From positions 286,374 through 350,373 of the forward strand of contig JACOUT010000005.1 of NCBI GenBank assembly GCA_016177705.1: a DNA stretch of 64,000 nucleotides, in the 5' to 3' direction. A model generated the notes under the pieces. The model worked only from the letters and a program-made list of their open reading frames with translations. It was not told where the DNA came from and ran no database searches. Shown in pieces: positions 1-9,457 of the stretch (position 1 is the stretch's first letter; every line of letters begins with the position of its first letter). The DNA is from Deltaproteobacteria bacterium (lineage in GTDB: Bacteria; Myxococcota; UBA727; VGSZ01). Made by a program: the position numbers and the translations under genes.

Positions 1-704
1 TGATCGTGGTCAACTCGCCGCACAACCCCACCGGCCGCGTGCTCTCGGTCGAAGAGCTCGACGTCATCGCACGCGTCTGCGTCGAGCGAGACCTGGTAGC
101 ACTCACCGACGAGGTCTACGAGCACCTGGTGTTCGCTGGCGCGCGCCATGTGCCGCTCGCCACGCGGCCGGGCATGCGCGAGCGCACGGTGGCGCTGTCG
201 TCGACAGGCAAGACCTTCTCCTTCACCGGCTGGAAGGTCGGCTGGGCGACCGGGCCGGCGCCACTCATCGCCGGCGTGCAGCGCGCGCACCAATTCCTCA
301 CCTTCTGCGCGGCCACGCCGCTGCATGCGGCCATGGCCACGGCGCTCGAGCGCTTCCAGCAGTCGTTCTTCACGTCGCTGCTCGCGGAGTACACGGCGCG
401 GCGCGACTTCCTGGTGGACGCGCTGCGCGCGGCCGGCTTCTCGCCCATCGTCCCCGAGGGCACCTACTTCGTGCTGTGCGACCTGTGCGGCCTCACCGAC
501 GAGGACGACGTGACCTTCGCGCGCCGGCTGATCGACGAGGCGGGCGTGGCCGCCATCCCGCCGAGCGTGTTCTACACGCACGCCAAGGAGGAAGGGCGGC
601 GTCTGCTGCGCTTCGCCTTCTGCAAGCGCGAGCAGACGCTCGACGAGGCGGCGCGGCGCCTTCGCGCCTGGCACGCTTCGCGACCGCGGGAGCGCGCCAC
701 ATGA
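1..704 (+). CDS. Class I/II (PLP-dependent) aminotransferase, C-terminal part; 5' end lies outside the window
   Basis: ORF 6..704 reads ...NSPHNPTGRVLSVEELDVIARVC...KTFSFTGWKVGWATGP..., i.e. the aminotransferase fold-type I C-terminal region (aspartate/methionine aminotransferase-like). No upstream start in window; GC3-rich. Confidence 0.8.
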   Translation, partial: IVVNSPHNPTGRVLSVEELDVIARVCVERDLVALTDEVYEHLVFAGARHVPLATRPGMRERTVALSSTGKTFSFTGWKVGWATGPAPLIAGVQRAHQFLTFCAATPLHAAMATALERFQQSFFTSLLAEYTARRDFLVDALRAAGFSPIVPEGTYFVLCDLCGLTDEDDVTFARRLIDEAGVAAIPPSVFYTHAKEEGRRLLRFAFCKREQTLDEAARRLRAWHASRPRERAT

Positions 705-1444
705 CGCCCGAGACGCTGCGCGCGCTGCTTGCGGGCGTGGTCGACGGCACCGTCGCCGTCGACGAGGCGGTGCGGCGCTTGACGCACGCGCCGTACCAAG
801 ACCTCGGCTTTGCCAAGGTCGACACGCACCGCGTGCTGGTGCAGGGCATGGCCGAGGTGGTGTTCGGCGAAGGCAAGCGGCCCGAGGAGATCGCCGGCAT
901 CGCGCGCGCCTTGCTCGAGGGCGGTCACGACGTGCTGGTGACGCGCGCCGACCCGGAGGCCTTCGCGGCGGTGCAGCAGATCGCGGCAGACGCGCGCTAC
1001 CAAGAGCGCGGCCGCGTCATCAGCGTGGTGCGCACGACGCCCGCGCGGCTTGGCCGGGCAGCGCTCGTGTGCGCGGGGACGAGCGACCTGCCTGTGGTCG
1101 AGGAGTGCGCGGCGGCGTGCGCGGCCTGGGGCATAGAGGTCGCGCGCTTCGTCGACGTGGGCGTGGCCGGCCTGCATCGGCTGTTGGCCGTGCGCGAGGC
1201 CATCGACGCCAACGACGTCGTCATCGTGGTGGCAGGCATGGAGGGCGCGCTGGCCTCGGTGGTGGCCGGCCTCACCAAGAGGCCCGTCATCGCGGTGCCG
1301 ACCTCGGTGGGCTACGGCGCCAACCTGGGCGGCTTGACCGCGCTGTTCGCCATGCTGGGCTCGTGCGCGAGCGGCGTGGTGGTGGTCAACGTCGACAACG
1401 GCTTCGGCGCGGCGGCGGCGGCGCGGCGCCTGCTCGCACGCTGA
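701..1444 (+). CDS. larB: LarB / PurE-like (AIR-carboxylase family) nickel-pincer cofactor biosynthesis-type protein
   Basis: The ATG at 701 overlaps the upstream stop (ATGA). N-terminal ...QDLGFAKVDTHRVLVQGMAEVVFGEGK... followed by a PurE-like fold (VVIVVAGMEGALASVVAGLT.PVIAVPTSVGYG) is typical of LarB-type proteins (COG1691). No larC/larE neighbour. Confidence 0.6.
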   Translation: MTPETLRALLAGVVDGTVAVDEAVRRLTHAPYQDLGFAKVDTHRVLVQGMAEVVFGEGKRPEEIAGIARALLEGGHDVLVTRADPEAFAAVQQIAADARYQERGRVISVVRTTPARLGRAALVCAGTSDLPVVEECAAACAAWGIEVARFVDVGVAGLHRLLAVREAIDANDVVIVVAGMEGALASVVAGLTKRPVIAVPTSVGYGANLGGLTALFAMLGSCASGVVVVNVDNGFGAAAAARRLLAR

Positions 1445-1447
1445 GCG

Positions 1448-2104
1448 TCAGTTGGGTCCGGACTTCGGCATGGGCAGCCCGTGCAGCAGCAAGGAAGCAA
1501 GCGCCTCGTTGGCGCAGCGTAGGCGGCGCACCACCGAGGGCTCCTCGAGTGCAGCCTGGCGCGCGTGCAGGTCTTGCAGCAGGCAGGCGCAGGCGACGTC
1601 GGCGAGCACGCATGGCTCACACATGCACAAGGGCAGCTCGCCGAGCATGTGACCCGCGTCGGGGCAGCACTGCAGCAGACGCGCGTAACAGGAGCGCAAG
1701 GCGCGCACCTCGTCGGTGGCGCGGTCGGCGTCGTCGGGCACCAGGCGCTCGGCGAAGGCCCGGCGATAGAGAAGGCCGCCGGCCGGCAACTCCTCGTGGA
1801 TGGCAGCGCGCGCCACGCCCTGCACCAGCAAGTGGAAGCGCCCGTCGGCCAGGCGCTCGTGGTGCACCACCCGCCCGACGCACGCCACGGCAGCCAGATC
1901 CGCCAACGGGCCGCCCGTGTGCCCGGGCGCGCGCCAGACGATGCCGAGGTGGCCGTGGCCCTCGAGCACGTGCTCGGTGAGTTGGCGGTAGCGCGGCTCG
2001 AAGACGTGCAGCGGCAGCAGCGTGTGCGGGAAGAACACCGTCGACTGCAACGGGAACAGCGGCAGCTCCCGCAGCGCGGCTTGCAGGCGTTCATCGACGA
2101 TCAT
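1448..2104 (-). CDS. LON N-terminal (substrate-binding) domain protein
   Basis: LPLFPLQSTVFFPHTLLPLHVFEPRYRQL is the classic Lon N-domain opening motif. 218 aa; the ATG at 2104 follows a stop. Confidence 0.7.
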   Translation of the reverse strand: MIVDERLQAALRELPLFPLQSTVFFPHTLLPLHVFEPRYRQLTEHVLEGHGHLGIVWRAPGHTGGPLADLAAVACVGRVVHHERLADGRFHLLVQGVARAAIHEELPAGGLLYRRAFAERLVPDDADRATDEVRALRSCYARLLQCCPDAGHMLGELPLCMCEPCVLADVACACLLQDLHARQAALEEPSVVRRLRCANEALASLLLHGLPMPKSGPN

Positions 2105-2142
2105 GGCCCTTCCGCCCCGCGCATCGCCCCCCTACTGTAGCG

Positions 2143-2793
2143 ATGGTGAGCGCCGGGCACGAGCCGCAGGGCACCAGTGAGGCAGGCAGCGGGATCAGGG
2201 CGACGCGCCCCTTCGACGGGGCCGCCTTCGAGGCGGCGGTGCGCGCGCTGCTCGCCGCCTGCGGTGTCGACGACACCAAGCACATGGGCCAGACGCCCGA
2301 GCGCGTGCGCGCGCTCTGGGCCGAGCGCATGCTCGACGGTTACGGTCAGGACGCAGCGACCGCGCTCGGTGAGGGCTTCGCCGATCCTCGCACCGACGTG
2401 GTGGTGGTGCGCGGCATCGCGGTGCACGGCGTCTGCCCGCACCACCTGCTGCCGTTTCGTGGCAAGGCGCACGTCGCGTATCTGCCGGGCGGCCGGCTGC
2501 ATGGCTTCGGCCGCATCGTGCGCCTGGTCGACGCGCTCGCGCACCGCTTCACCTACCAGGAGTGGTTGACCCGCGACGTCGCCGACGCGCTGTGCACCGT
2601 TGGCATGGCGCAAGGCGCCGCTGTCGTCGTCGAGACCGAGCAGCTCTGCCTGTCGCTCGGCGAGCAGGGCCGCAGCGACGAGCGCGTCGTCACCCAGGCC
2701 TTCGCCGGCGTGTTCCGCGATGACGCAGTCCGCCGCGCTGAGATCCAGCGTTTGGTGCTGCCGGGAAGTGATCCCGATCGCACCGCGCGTTGA
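2143..2793 (+). CDS. folE: GTP cyclohydrolase I
   Basis: HMGQTPERV... and zinc-site motif CPHHLLPFRGKAHVAYLP (CEHHLVPF-type); 216 aa. Confidence 0.85.
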   Translation: MVSAGHEPQGTSEAGSGIRATRPFDGAAFEAAVRALLAACGVDDTKHMGQTPERVRALWAERMLDGYGQDAATALGEGFADPRTDVVVVRGIAVHGVCPHHLLPFRGKAHVAYLPGGRLHGFGRIVRLVDALAHRFTYQEWLTRDVADALCTVGMAQGAAVVVETEQLCLSLGEQGRSDERVVTQAFAGVFRDDAVRRAEIQRLVLPGSDPDRTAR

Positions 2794-2808
2794 CGACCTC
2801 ATGACGCG

Positions 2809-4494
2809 GTGCGTAAGCTGCGGATCGTGGCGCGCACCGACGACGACAACGACCCGCTGATCGGCCGCGTCATCGACGGGCGCTTCACAGTCCAAAGCGT
2901 GCTCGGCCGCGGCGGCATGGGGGTGGTGTACCGCGCGCACCAGGCGAGCCTCGAGCGCAGCGTCGCGCTCAAGGTGATGGCGGCAGCACCCCACGACGAG
3001 GAGAGCGGCTCGCGCGAGGCGGAGTTCCAGCGGCGCTTCTTCTTGGAGGCCGCCACGGTGGCGCGCCTCAAGCACCCGAACACCATCACCGTCTTCGACT
3101 ACGGCAGCAGCGTGGTCGACGACCAGCGCATCTTCTTCATCGCCATGGAGCTGCTCGACGGCACGCCGCTGTCGAAGCTCGTCTCGCAGGGGCGCGCGCT
3201 CGAGCCGATCCGCGCGGTGCACATCGCGCTGCAGATCTGCCGCGCGCTGCGCGAGGCGCACCGCGCCGGCATCGTGCACCGCGATCTCAAGCCCGGCAAC
3301 GTCATGATCCTGCGCCCGGAGCAGGGCGACGACGACGACGAGGGCGACGGCGACTTCGTCAAGGTGCTCGACTTTGGCCTGGCCAAGACGCGCACCTTCG
3401 ACGGCGCCAAGCCGATCGCAGGCCTGACCAAGTCGGGCTCCTTCATGGGCTCGCCGCGCTACTCGGCGCCCGAGCAGGTGGAGGGCCGGCCCGTCGACGC
3501 GCGCGCCGACATCTACTCGATGGGCTGCCTGCTCTACCGGCTGGTGTCGGGCAAGACGCCCTTCGACGGTCAGACGCCGGTCGAGATCATGCTCAAGCAC
3601 CTGCACGACGGCGTGCCCCCGCTCGACGTCGACGGCCTGCCCGAGACGCTCGAGCGCTTGGTGATGGAGTGCCTCGAGAAGGACCCGGCCGAGCGCCCGC
3701 AGAGCATGGACGTGGTCATCCAGCGCCTGAAGCTCGCGCGCGCCGAGCTCGGTGGCCCGTCGTCGGGCGTGGTGGTGCTCTCGGACGAGCGCACCTCGTT
3801 GCCGCCGCAGTTGCCCGTCAGCTCGCTCGTCGACGGCGGGCCCCTCGTCGACCCGAGCTTCTCCGCCGACGAGCTGCCGCCGCCCGAGCCCGAGCTGCTC
3901 GAGACCGCGCTGGCCAGACCCGTCGCGCGCCCTGTCACGGCGTGGCCGACGCCGGCGCGCGAACAGACCGCGCCCTCGACGGTCTCGCCCGGCGCGCTGC
4001 GGCTGGAAGACCACACGCCGTCGTCGCGCGGCGGCTCGCGCCTGTCGGTGATCGCGCGGCCGCCGCGCCGGCCGTGGGCTGCCATCGCTGCCGGCATCGT
4101 GCTCGGCCTGGCCATCTGCGTCGGCTTGATCGCGTGGCGCCTCGGCAGCCTCGATCCGTTGATCGTGCGGCTGTGGGCCGGCGAGACCGGCGCCAGCACC
4201 CCCCATGAACCGCCGCCGCAACACGGGCCCTTCGCCGAGCTCGCGCGCGTGCGCATCAAGACCACGCCGCCCGGCGCCGACGTGCTCGAGGTGCAAGGCG
4301 GCCTGCCGCGCCTGCTCGGCGTGACGCCGCTGACCTTGACCTGGGACGTCGCCAAGGAGCCGCGCCGCCGCGAGCTGGTGCTGCGGCAAAGCGGCTATCG
4401 CGCCGCGCGCGCCACGCTCGATCCGCCGGCGCCGCGCGGCCTGCCGAGCGAGCCCGTCTGGCTCGACGTCGAAGCGACGTTGCGCCGCGAGTGA
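2809..4494 (+). CDS. Eukaryotic-like Ser/Thr protein kinase with Pro-rich linker, one TM helix and a C-terminal PEGA-like domain
   Basis: GRGGMGVVYRA (Gly-loop), ALKVM (VAIK-type Lys), HRDLKPGNVM (catalytic loop), DFGLAK, SPRYSAPE. TM WAAIAAGIVLGLAICVGLIAW, then ...VRIKTTPPGADVLEV...TPLTLTW (PEGA-like). GTG start at 2809. Confidence 0.85.
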   Translation: MRKLRIVARTDDDNDPLIGRVIDGRFTVQSVLGRGGMGVVYRAHQASLERSVALKVMAAAPHDEESGSREAEFQRRFFLEAATVARLKHPNTITVFDYGSSVVDDQRIFFIAMELLDGTPLSKLVSQGRALEPIRAVHIALQICRALREAHRAGIVHRDLKPGNVMILRPEQGDDDDEGDGDFVKVLDFGLAKTRTFDGAKPIAGLTKSGSFMGSPRYSAPEQVEGRPVDARADIYSMGCLLYRLVSGKTPFDGQTPVEIMLKHLHDGVPPLDVDGLPETLERLVMECLEKDPAERPQSMDVVIQRLKLARAELGGPSSGVVVLSDERTSLPPQLPVSSLVDGGPLVDPSFSADELPPPEPELLETALARPVARPVTAWPTPAREQTAPSTVSPGALRLEDHTPSSRGGSRLSVIARPPRRPWAAIAAGIVLGLAICVGLIAWRLGSLDPLIVRLWAGETGASTPHEPPPQHGPFAELARVRIKTTPPGADVLEVQGGLPRLLGVTPLTLTWDVAKEPRRRELVLRQSGYRAARATLDPPAPRGLPSEPVWLDVEATLRRE

Positions 4495-4955
4495 CCTGCA
4501 GCGGCATGCTCATTCGGGACGCCACCGCCGCCGACGTGCCCCGCGTGGTCGAGCTGTTGATGCAGATGACCATCGCGCCCGAGCCGGCGCGCGAGCGCGA
4601 CCCGCACGATCCCGCCTACGTGCGCGCGCTCGCCGACATCCAGGCCGACGCACGGCAGCGCGTGCTGGTCGTCGAGGAGACCGGCCGCGTCATCGCCACG
4701 GCCACGCTCATGCTGCTGCCGAACCTGTCGCACGGCGGCCGAAAGGTGGCGCAGCTCGAGAGCGTGGTGGTCGACGAGCGCGAGCGCGGTCGTGGCGTGG
4801 GCGAGCGTCTGGTGCGCTACTGCGTCGAGCAGGCACGCGGCGCAGGTTGCTTTCGTGTGCAGCTCACGTCGAACGCGTCGCGTGAGGCGGCCCACCGCTT
4901 CTACCGCCGCCTCGGCTTTGGCGACTCCCACGTCGGCTTCAAGCTGCTGCTGTGA
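4491..4955 (+). CDS. GNAT family N-acetyltransferase
   Basis: The GTG at 4491 overlaps the kinase stop (GTGA); alternative ATG at 4506. Motif A-like RERGRGVGERLV and ...RRLGF. Confidence 0.7.
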   Translation: MTCSGMLIRDATAADVPRVVELLMQMTIAPEPARERDPHDPAYVRALADIQADARQRVLVVEETGRVIATATLMLLPNLSHGGRKVAQLESVVVDERERGRGVGERLVRYCVEQARGAGCFRVQLTSNASREAAHRFYRRLGFGDSHVGFKLLL

Positions 4956-5021
4956 ACAGCGACGCGCCGCCGCGCCCCTGGCGGGACACGGCGGCGCCGT
5001 CGACACGGGTTGCAGCGTCGA

Positions 5022-6227
5022 TCAGTTCGCCACGCACTGCGGCAGCGGCGGGCAGGGCGCGCGGATGCACATCACCTGCACCAGCTCGCAGTGCTCACCC
5101 TCGGCGCAGGCGAAGTCCCAGCAGCGGTCGCGCTCGAGCACGCGGTCGACGTCGAGCTCGGTGGTGGTCAGGCGTACCTCGCCTTCGCAGGTGGTCTCGA
5201 TGCCGAAGCTCTGCGCGAGCTCCTCGGGGATCGGGTAGCCCAACGGGTCCTGCACCGGGTAGAGCTGCACCGCGAATCCCTGGTGCTCCCAGGTGCCGTG
5301 CATCGACAAGAGCCGGCTCGCCATACGGCAGTAGGGCGGCGTCAGCGTGCACAGCGGATCCCACACCTGCTCGTAGGTGAAGCTGCCGTCGGCGAGCAGC
5401 ACCAGGCGGGAGGAGATGCGGTAGGTCTCGTCCTGTCCGCCGCCGATCCAGGCGCCCACGACGTCGACGAAGCCGTCGGGCTTGGCCCACACCATCGGGT
5501 CGCACACGCAAGCGGTGGCGTAGTCGACGTTGACGCCGGCGCTGGACGCGGCGCAGGAGCCGCCGTAGGTCTTGCCGTCGCAGCCGCACACCTCGGGGCC
5601 GTAGACGGCCGGGCAGATCTCGGCGGGACGCGCGCAGGCGCCGCCGCGGTCGTCGCGGCCGCAGCCCTCCTCGATGGCGCAGTACAGGCCGTCGTCGCAC
5701 AGCTTGCTGGCGCCGAGCGTGCCGCAGATCTCGCCGGGCTGCGCCAACGGCGCGCAGTTGCCGTCGTTGCGCGCGCAGCTCACCTGCCACGTGAGCGACA
5801 GCGGCGACGCGTTGCCGGCGGCCTCGACGACGTAGGTGCCGCCGTTCTTCGAGCGCAGCCGGGTCCAGGCCCAACCGTCTCGGCCGTCGACGCTGCCGAG
5901 CAGCGTCAGCGTGCCGTCGGCCTTGACCCGGTAGACCTTGAAGCCGACGCCGGTGTCCGAGCCGTCGGCGGTCCACACGTCGATCCAGACCTTGCCGCCG
6001 GCGACCAGCTCGAAGGCGCCGTACTGCCAGGGCAGCTCGTCGGTCAGCGTGAAGCTGCGCTCCTCGCCGAGGTAGATGCGCACCGTCTCGACGTCGATGG
6101 GCGTGGTGAAGGCGCCGGTCGTGTCGCTGTCGATCAGCTCGACGCCGTCGTCCTGCGAGACCTCGTTGCTGCAGCCGAGCGCCACCAGCGCAGCGCCGAC
6201 CGCCAAGAGCGAAAGATTACGTTGCAT
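5022..6227 (-). CDS. Cys-rich secreted lipoprotein with Kazal-type inhibitor-like domain
   Basis: Signal peptide plus lipobox (LAVGAALVALGCS); Kazal signature PEVCGCDGKTYGGSCAA...VDYATAC; more than 30 Cys. Confidence 0.6.
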   Translation of the reverse strand: MQRNLSLLAVGAALVALGCSNEVSQDDGVELIDSDTTGAFTTPIDVETVRIYLGEERSFTLTDELPWQYGAFELVAGGKVWIDVWTADGSDTGVGFKVYRVKADGTLTLLGSVDGRDGWAWTRLRSKNGGTYVVEAAGNASPLSLTWQVSCARNDGNCAPLAQPGEICGTLGASKLCDDGLYCAIEEGCGRDDRGGACARPAEICPAVYGPEVCGCDGKTYGGSCAASSAGVNVDYATACVCDPMVWAKPDGFVDVVGAWIGGGQDETYRISSRLVLLADGSFTYEQVWDPLCTLTPPYCRMASRLLSMHGTWEHQGFAVQLYPVQDPLGYPIPEELAQSFGIETTCEGEVRLTTTELDVDRVLERDRCWDFACAEGEHCELVQVMCIRAPCPPLPQCVAN

Positions 6228-6364
6228 GGGACCCCTCCTCGAAAGTGATGCCCAGTCATCCTCCCTTCGACGCGGTGCGCAAGAGGGGGGATATCGACCT
6301 ACATCACAACTTCGCGGCAGGGCCTGACGTCGTCACCGGCCCTTGTGACGGCCGGCGCAAGGGC

Positions 6365-7390
6365 TCAGAGCAGGAGCGCTCGGTAGGTAGGCAGGTTCTC
6401 GAGCACGGTGCCGACGCCGTCGACCACGGCATGCAGCGGGTTTTCCGCCACGAACACGGGGAGCTGGCACTCCTCGGACAAGAGCGCGTCGAGGTTCTTG
6501 ATCATGGCGCCGCCGCCGCACAGCACGATGCCGCGGTCGATGATGTCGGCCGACAGCTCGGGCGGTGTCTTCTCGAGCGTCGCCTTCACCGCCGCCACGA
6601 TCTGCCGGATGCAGTCGCTCATCGCCTCGCGGATCTCGATGGAGGTGAGCGTGATCTGGCGCGGCACGCCGGTGATCAGATCGCGGCCCTTGACGTCGAT
6701 GTCGAGCTCTTCGTCGAGCGGGTAGGCCGAGCCGATCTTCATCTTGATCAGCTCGGCGGTGCGCTCGCCGATCAGGATGTTGTGGCGCTTGCGGACGAAA
6801 TTGACGATGGAGTCGTCGAGCTTGTCGCCGGCGACGCGCAAGGTCTGCGACGACACCAGGCCGCCGAGCGAGATGACCGCGACGTCGGTGGTGCCGCCGC
6901 CGATGTCGATGATCATGCTGCCGCGCGCGTCCTGCACCGGCAGGCCCGCGCCCACGGCCGCCGCCATCGGCTGCTCGATCAGGTGCACCTCGCGCACGCC
7001 GGCGCCGAGCGCGGCCTCGCGCACGGCCTTCTGCTCGATGCTGGTGATGCCTGCGGGCACCGAGATGATCAGCCGGCTCCGCGCGAAGTACTTCTTCTCG
7101 TTCGCCTTCTCGATGAACGACTTGATCATCGCCTCGGTGACGGTGAAGTCGGCGATGACGCCGTCTCTCATCGGTCGAATGGCGGTGATGTTGCCCGGCG
7201 TCTTGCCGAGCATCTCTTTGGCGTCGCGTCCGACGGCGAGCACCTTGGTGGTGTTGCCGTTCTTCGAGATGGCGACGACCGACGGCTCGTTCAGCACCAC
7301 GCCCTTGCCGCGCACGTGCACCAGTGTGTTGGCGGTGCCGAGATCGATCGCGAGGTCGGTGGAGAACAGATTGGTGAACTTCTCGAACAC
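6365..7390 (-). CDS. mreB: Rod-shape determining actin homolog MreB
   Basis: MFEKFTNLFSTDLAIDLGTANTLVHV..., full-length MreB/Mbl with phosphate-1 motif DLGTANT; 341 aa. Confidence 0.9.
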   Translation of the reverse strand: MFEKFTNLFSTDLAIDLGTANTLVHVRGKGVVLNEPSVVAISKNGNTTKVLAVGRDAKEMLGKTPGNITAIRPMRDGVIADFTVTEAMIKSFIEKANEKKYFARSRLIISVPAGITSIEQKAVREAALGAGVREVHLIEQPMAAAVGAGLPVQDARGSMIIDIGGGTTDVAVISLGGLVSSQTLRVAGDKLDDSIVNFVRKRHNILIGERTAELIKMKIGSAYPLDEELDIDVKGRDLITGVPRQITLTSIEIREAMSDCIRQIVAAVKATLEKTPPELSADIIDRGIVLCGGGAMIKNLDALLSEECQLPVFVAENPLHAVVDGVGTVLENLPTYRALLL

Positions 7391-7532
7391 GGCGCTGGGT
7401 CCCGCGTGCCGCGGTGCGGCACGGACGGGACAGTTTCACGATTCCGCGCCGGTTGTCACGCCCGGAGGAGGACGAAACGCCGCTGGCAGCCGGCGCGCGC
7501 CGTCGCCGGCATGGTGGCGCCCCGGTCCATGC

Positions 7533-9344
7533 TCAACGGTCGCCCGAGAAGCGGGCGTCGACCACGCTGCCGTCGTCGGCCGGCGCGTTGCCGGGGACGT
7601 CGGTCGACGACGTAGGCGGCAGCGTCACGGCGCGCACGCGGCCGGGGCCGTCGGCGGGCCGAGGGCGCTGGCTCTCGGCGCGCGGCGGCGTGGTCGGCGC
7701 GGGCGGCGCCGTGCGCGGGGTCCAGGTCCAGGTGGTCGTCGACGGCGAGAAGCCGTCGAGCAGCTCGCCCGCGCGCGCCGCGAACGGCTCGCCGAAGGCA
7801 CGCGCGGCCTCGAGCGCGGCCTGCGCCTCGGCGGTGTCGTGGCGGCGCAACGCCTCCAAGCACAAGAGCGCGAGCGTCTGCTCGCCGCGGCGAAAGGCGG
7901 CCATCAGCCGCGCCACGGCGCCGCTCATGCCCGGCGGCAGGTGGGCGCGCGTAAACGACGCCGCGACCACGCGCACTTCGGGGTGGTCGTCCTCCAGGCG
8001 GCCGAGCACGTCGTCGACCAGCAGGATCGGCGGCGGGTCGTCGTCGGCGAACATGCCCTCGAGCAGCGCGATGGCGGCCTTGCGGGTGCTGGCGGTGGCG
8101 CCGTTCACCTCGGGTCGCACGCGATGGCGCACGCGCACGCGCAGGGGCGGCGGCGTGATGGTGACGCGCGAGAGCGCGATCAGGATCGCCTCGCGCACCG
8201 CGGGACGTGGCGAGCGTCGCTCGAGCGCCGACAAGAGCGGGCGCACCAGCTCCACGTCGTCCTCGCGCGCGCCCTCCGCCAGCGCCACGGCGGCGCTCTC
8301 GACGACGAAGGGGTCGTCCTCGACGATGGCCTGCACGACCACGCGCATGCCGGCGCGGTCGGCGAGGCGGCCCAGGCACAGGAGCGCGGCGGCGCGCACG
8401 AAGCGGTCCTCGTCCCTGGCGAGCGGCACGATGGACGCCGCCAGGCCGTCCTCGATGCCGGTCAGGCAGTTGGCGAGCGCGCGCAGCGCCACCGCGCGTA
8501 GCTCACGCTCGTCGTCGGTGGCGGCGGGCGCGGTGGCGGCGATCAGGAGCGGCACGGCGGCGTCGGTGGCCTGCAGGCGGCCGAGCACCAAGGCGGCGCC
8601 GATGCGCGAGCGCGGCTGCGGCTGGTTCAGCTTGTCGATCAGGAAGGGCACCGCGCCCTTGCCGGCGCCGACCAGCGCAGCCGCCGCAGCGTCGCGCACG
8701 GCGCGGCGGGCGTCGCCGAGGTCGTCGAGCCATGGCTTGAGCGCGCCGCCGTCGGCGTTGGCCTGCGCCACCAGCGCGGCGAAGTCGCCGGCGCCCGTGT
8801 CCGAAGCCGCGAGGGCTTCGGTCTCGGCGAGGCGCGCGAGCACCGCTTGCGCCTGGTCGCGCACCCAGGGATCGGGGTCGCGTGCCAGCGCCTGCACGCG
8901 CGCCTTGCTGCGCAGGTCACCGAGCGCGCCAAAGGCCTGCGCGGCGAAGGCGCGCGTGGTGCGCTCAGGGTCGGCCGCGAGCGCCTCGACGGCGGCGCGC
9001 GCACGATCGTCGAACGCATCTTGGCCGTCGAGCAGCCCGGCGAGCGCGCGCGCGACGAAGGGGCGCTGCTCGGGCGTGAGATCGCGCGCCTCGATGCGCG
9101 CGAACAGCGCGGGCAGCGCCTCGCGCGCGCGTAAGGCGCACAGCAGCAGCGCGGCCCGCGTGACCGGCGATGGTGAGCCGGTGCGCGCAACCGCCTCGAC
9201 CAGGTGCGGTACGGCCGCGGCGCCGGCGCCGAGCAGCGTCCCTTCGCCGGCGTCGCGCTCGGCACGGTCGGGCGCGCCGAGCGCGGCGGCAGCGGCGCGC
9301 AACCGCGCTGCTTGCGCCGAATCCAAGAAGGGCTCGCCCGGCAT
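7533..9344 (-). CDS. HEAT/PBS-lyase-type repeat protein
   Basis: 603 aa of Ala/Leu/Arg-rich helical repeats (...DPWVRDQAQAVLARL..., ...DRFVRAAALLCLGRL...); HEAT-like periodicity; no catalytic motifs seen. Confidence 0.6.
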   Translation of the reverse strand: MPGEPFLDSAQAARLRAAAAALGAPDRAERDAGEGTLLGAGAAAVPHLVEAVARTGSPSPVTRAALLLCALRAREALPALFARIEARDLTPEQRPFVARALAGLLDGQDAFDDRARAAVEALAADPERTTRAFAAQAFGALGDLRSKARVQALARDPDPWVRDQAQAVLARLAETEALAASDTGAGDFAALVAQANADGGALKPWLDDLGDARRAVRDAAAAALVGAGKGAVPFLIDKLNQPQPRSRIGAALVLGRLQATDAAVPLLIAATAPAATDDERELRAVALRALANCLTGIEDGLAASIVPLARDEDRFVRAAALLCLGRLADRAGMRVVVQAIVEDDPFVVESAAVALAEGAREDDVELVRPLLSALERRSPRPAVREAILIALSRVTITPPPLRVRVRHRVRPEVNGATASTRKAAIALLEGMFADDDPPPILLVDDVLGRLEDDHPEVRVVAASFTRAHLPPGMSGAVARLMAAFRRGEQTLALLCLEALRRHDTAEAQAALEAARAFGEPFAARAGELLDGFSPSTTTWTWTPRTAPPAPTTPPRAESQRPRPADGPGRVRAVTLPPTSSTDVPGNAPADDGSVVDARFSGDR

Positions 9345-9457
9345 CGCTCGACTCTGGTATTGGCGTGCCCATGACGCAACCAGGCGTCAGCCCACGTTCG
9401 GACGCCAAGTGCAGATCCAGCTTGCGTTTCGCCCACCGGAGTGAGTAAACACTAACC

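Noticed and set aside
2101-4389. 762-aa ORF on the minus strand opposite the Ser/Thr kinase
   Set aside because: Arg/Ala/Gly-rich, low complexity, no motifs. The plus-strand kinase has unmistakable catalytic motifs and GC3 bias. This is a typical stop-free antisense frame in 70% GC DNA.
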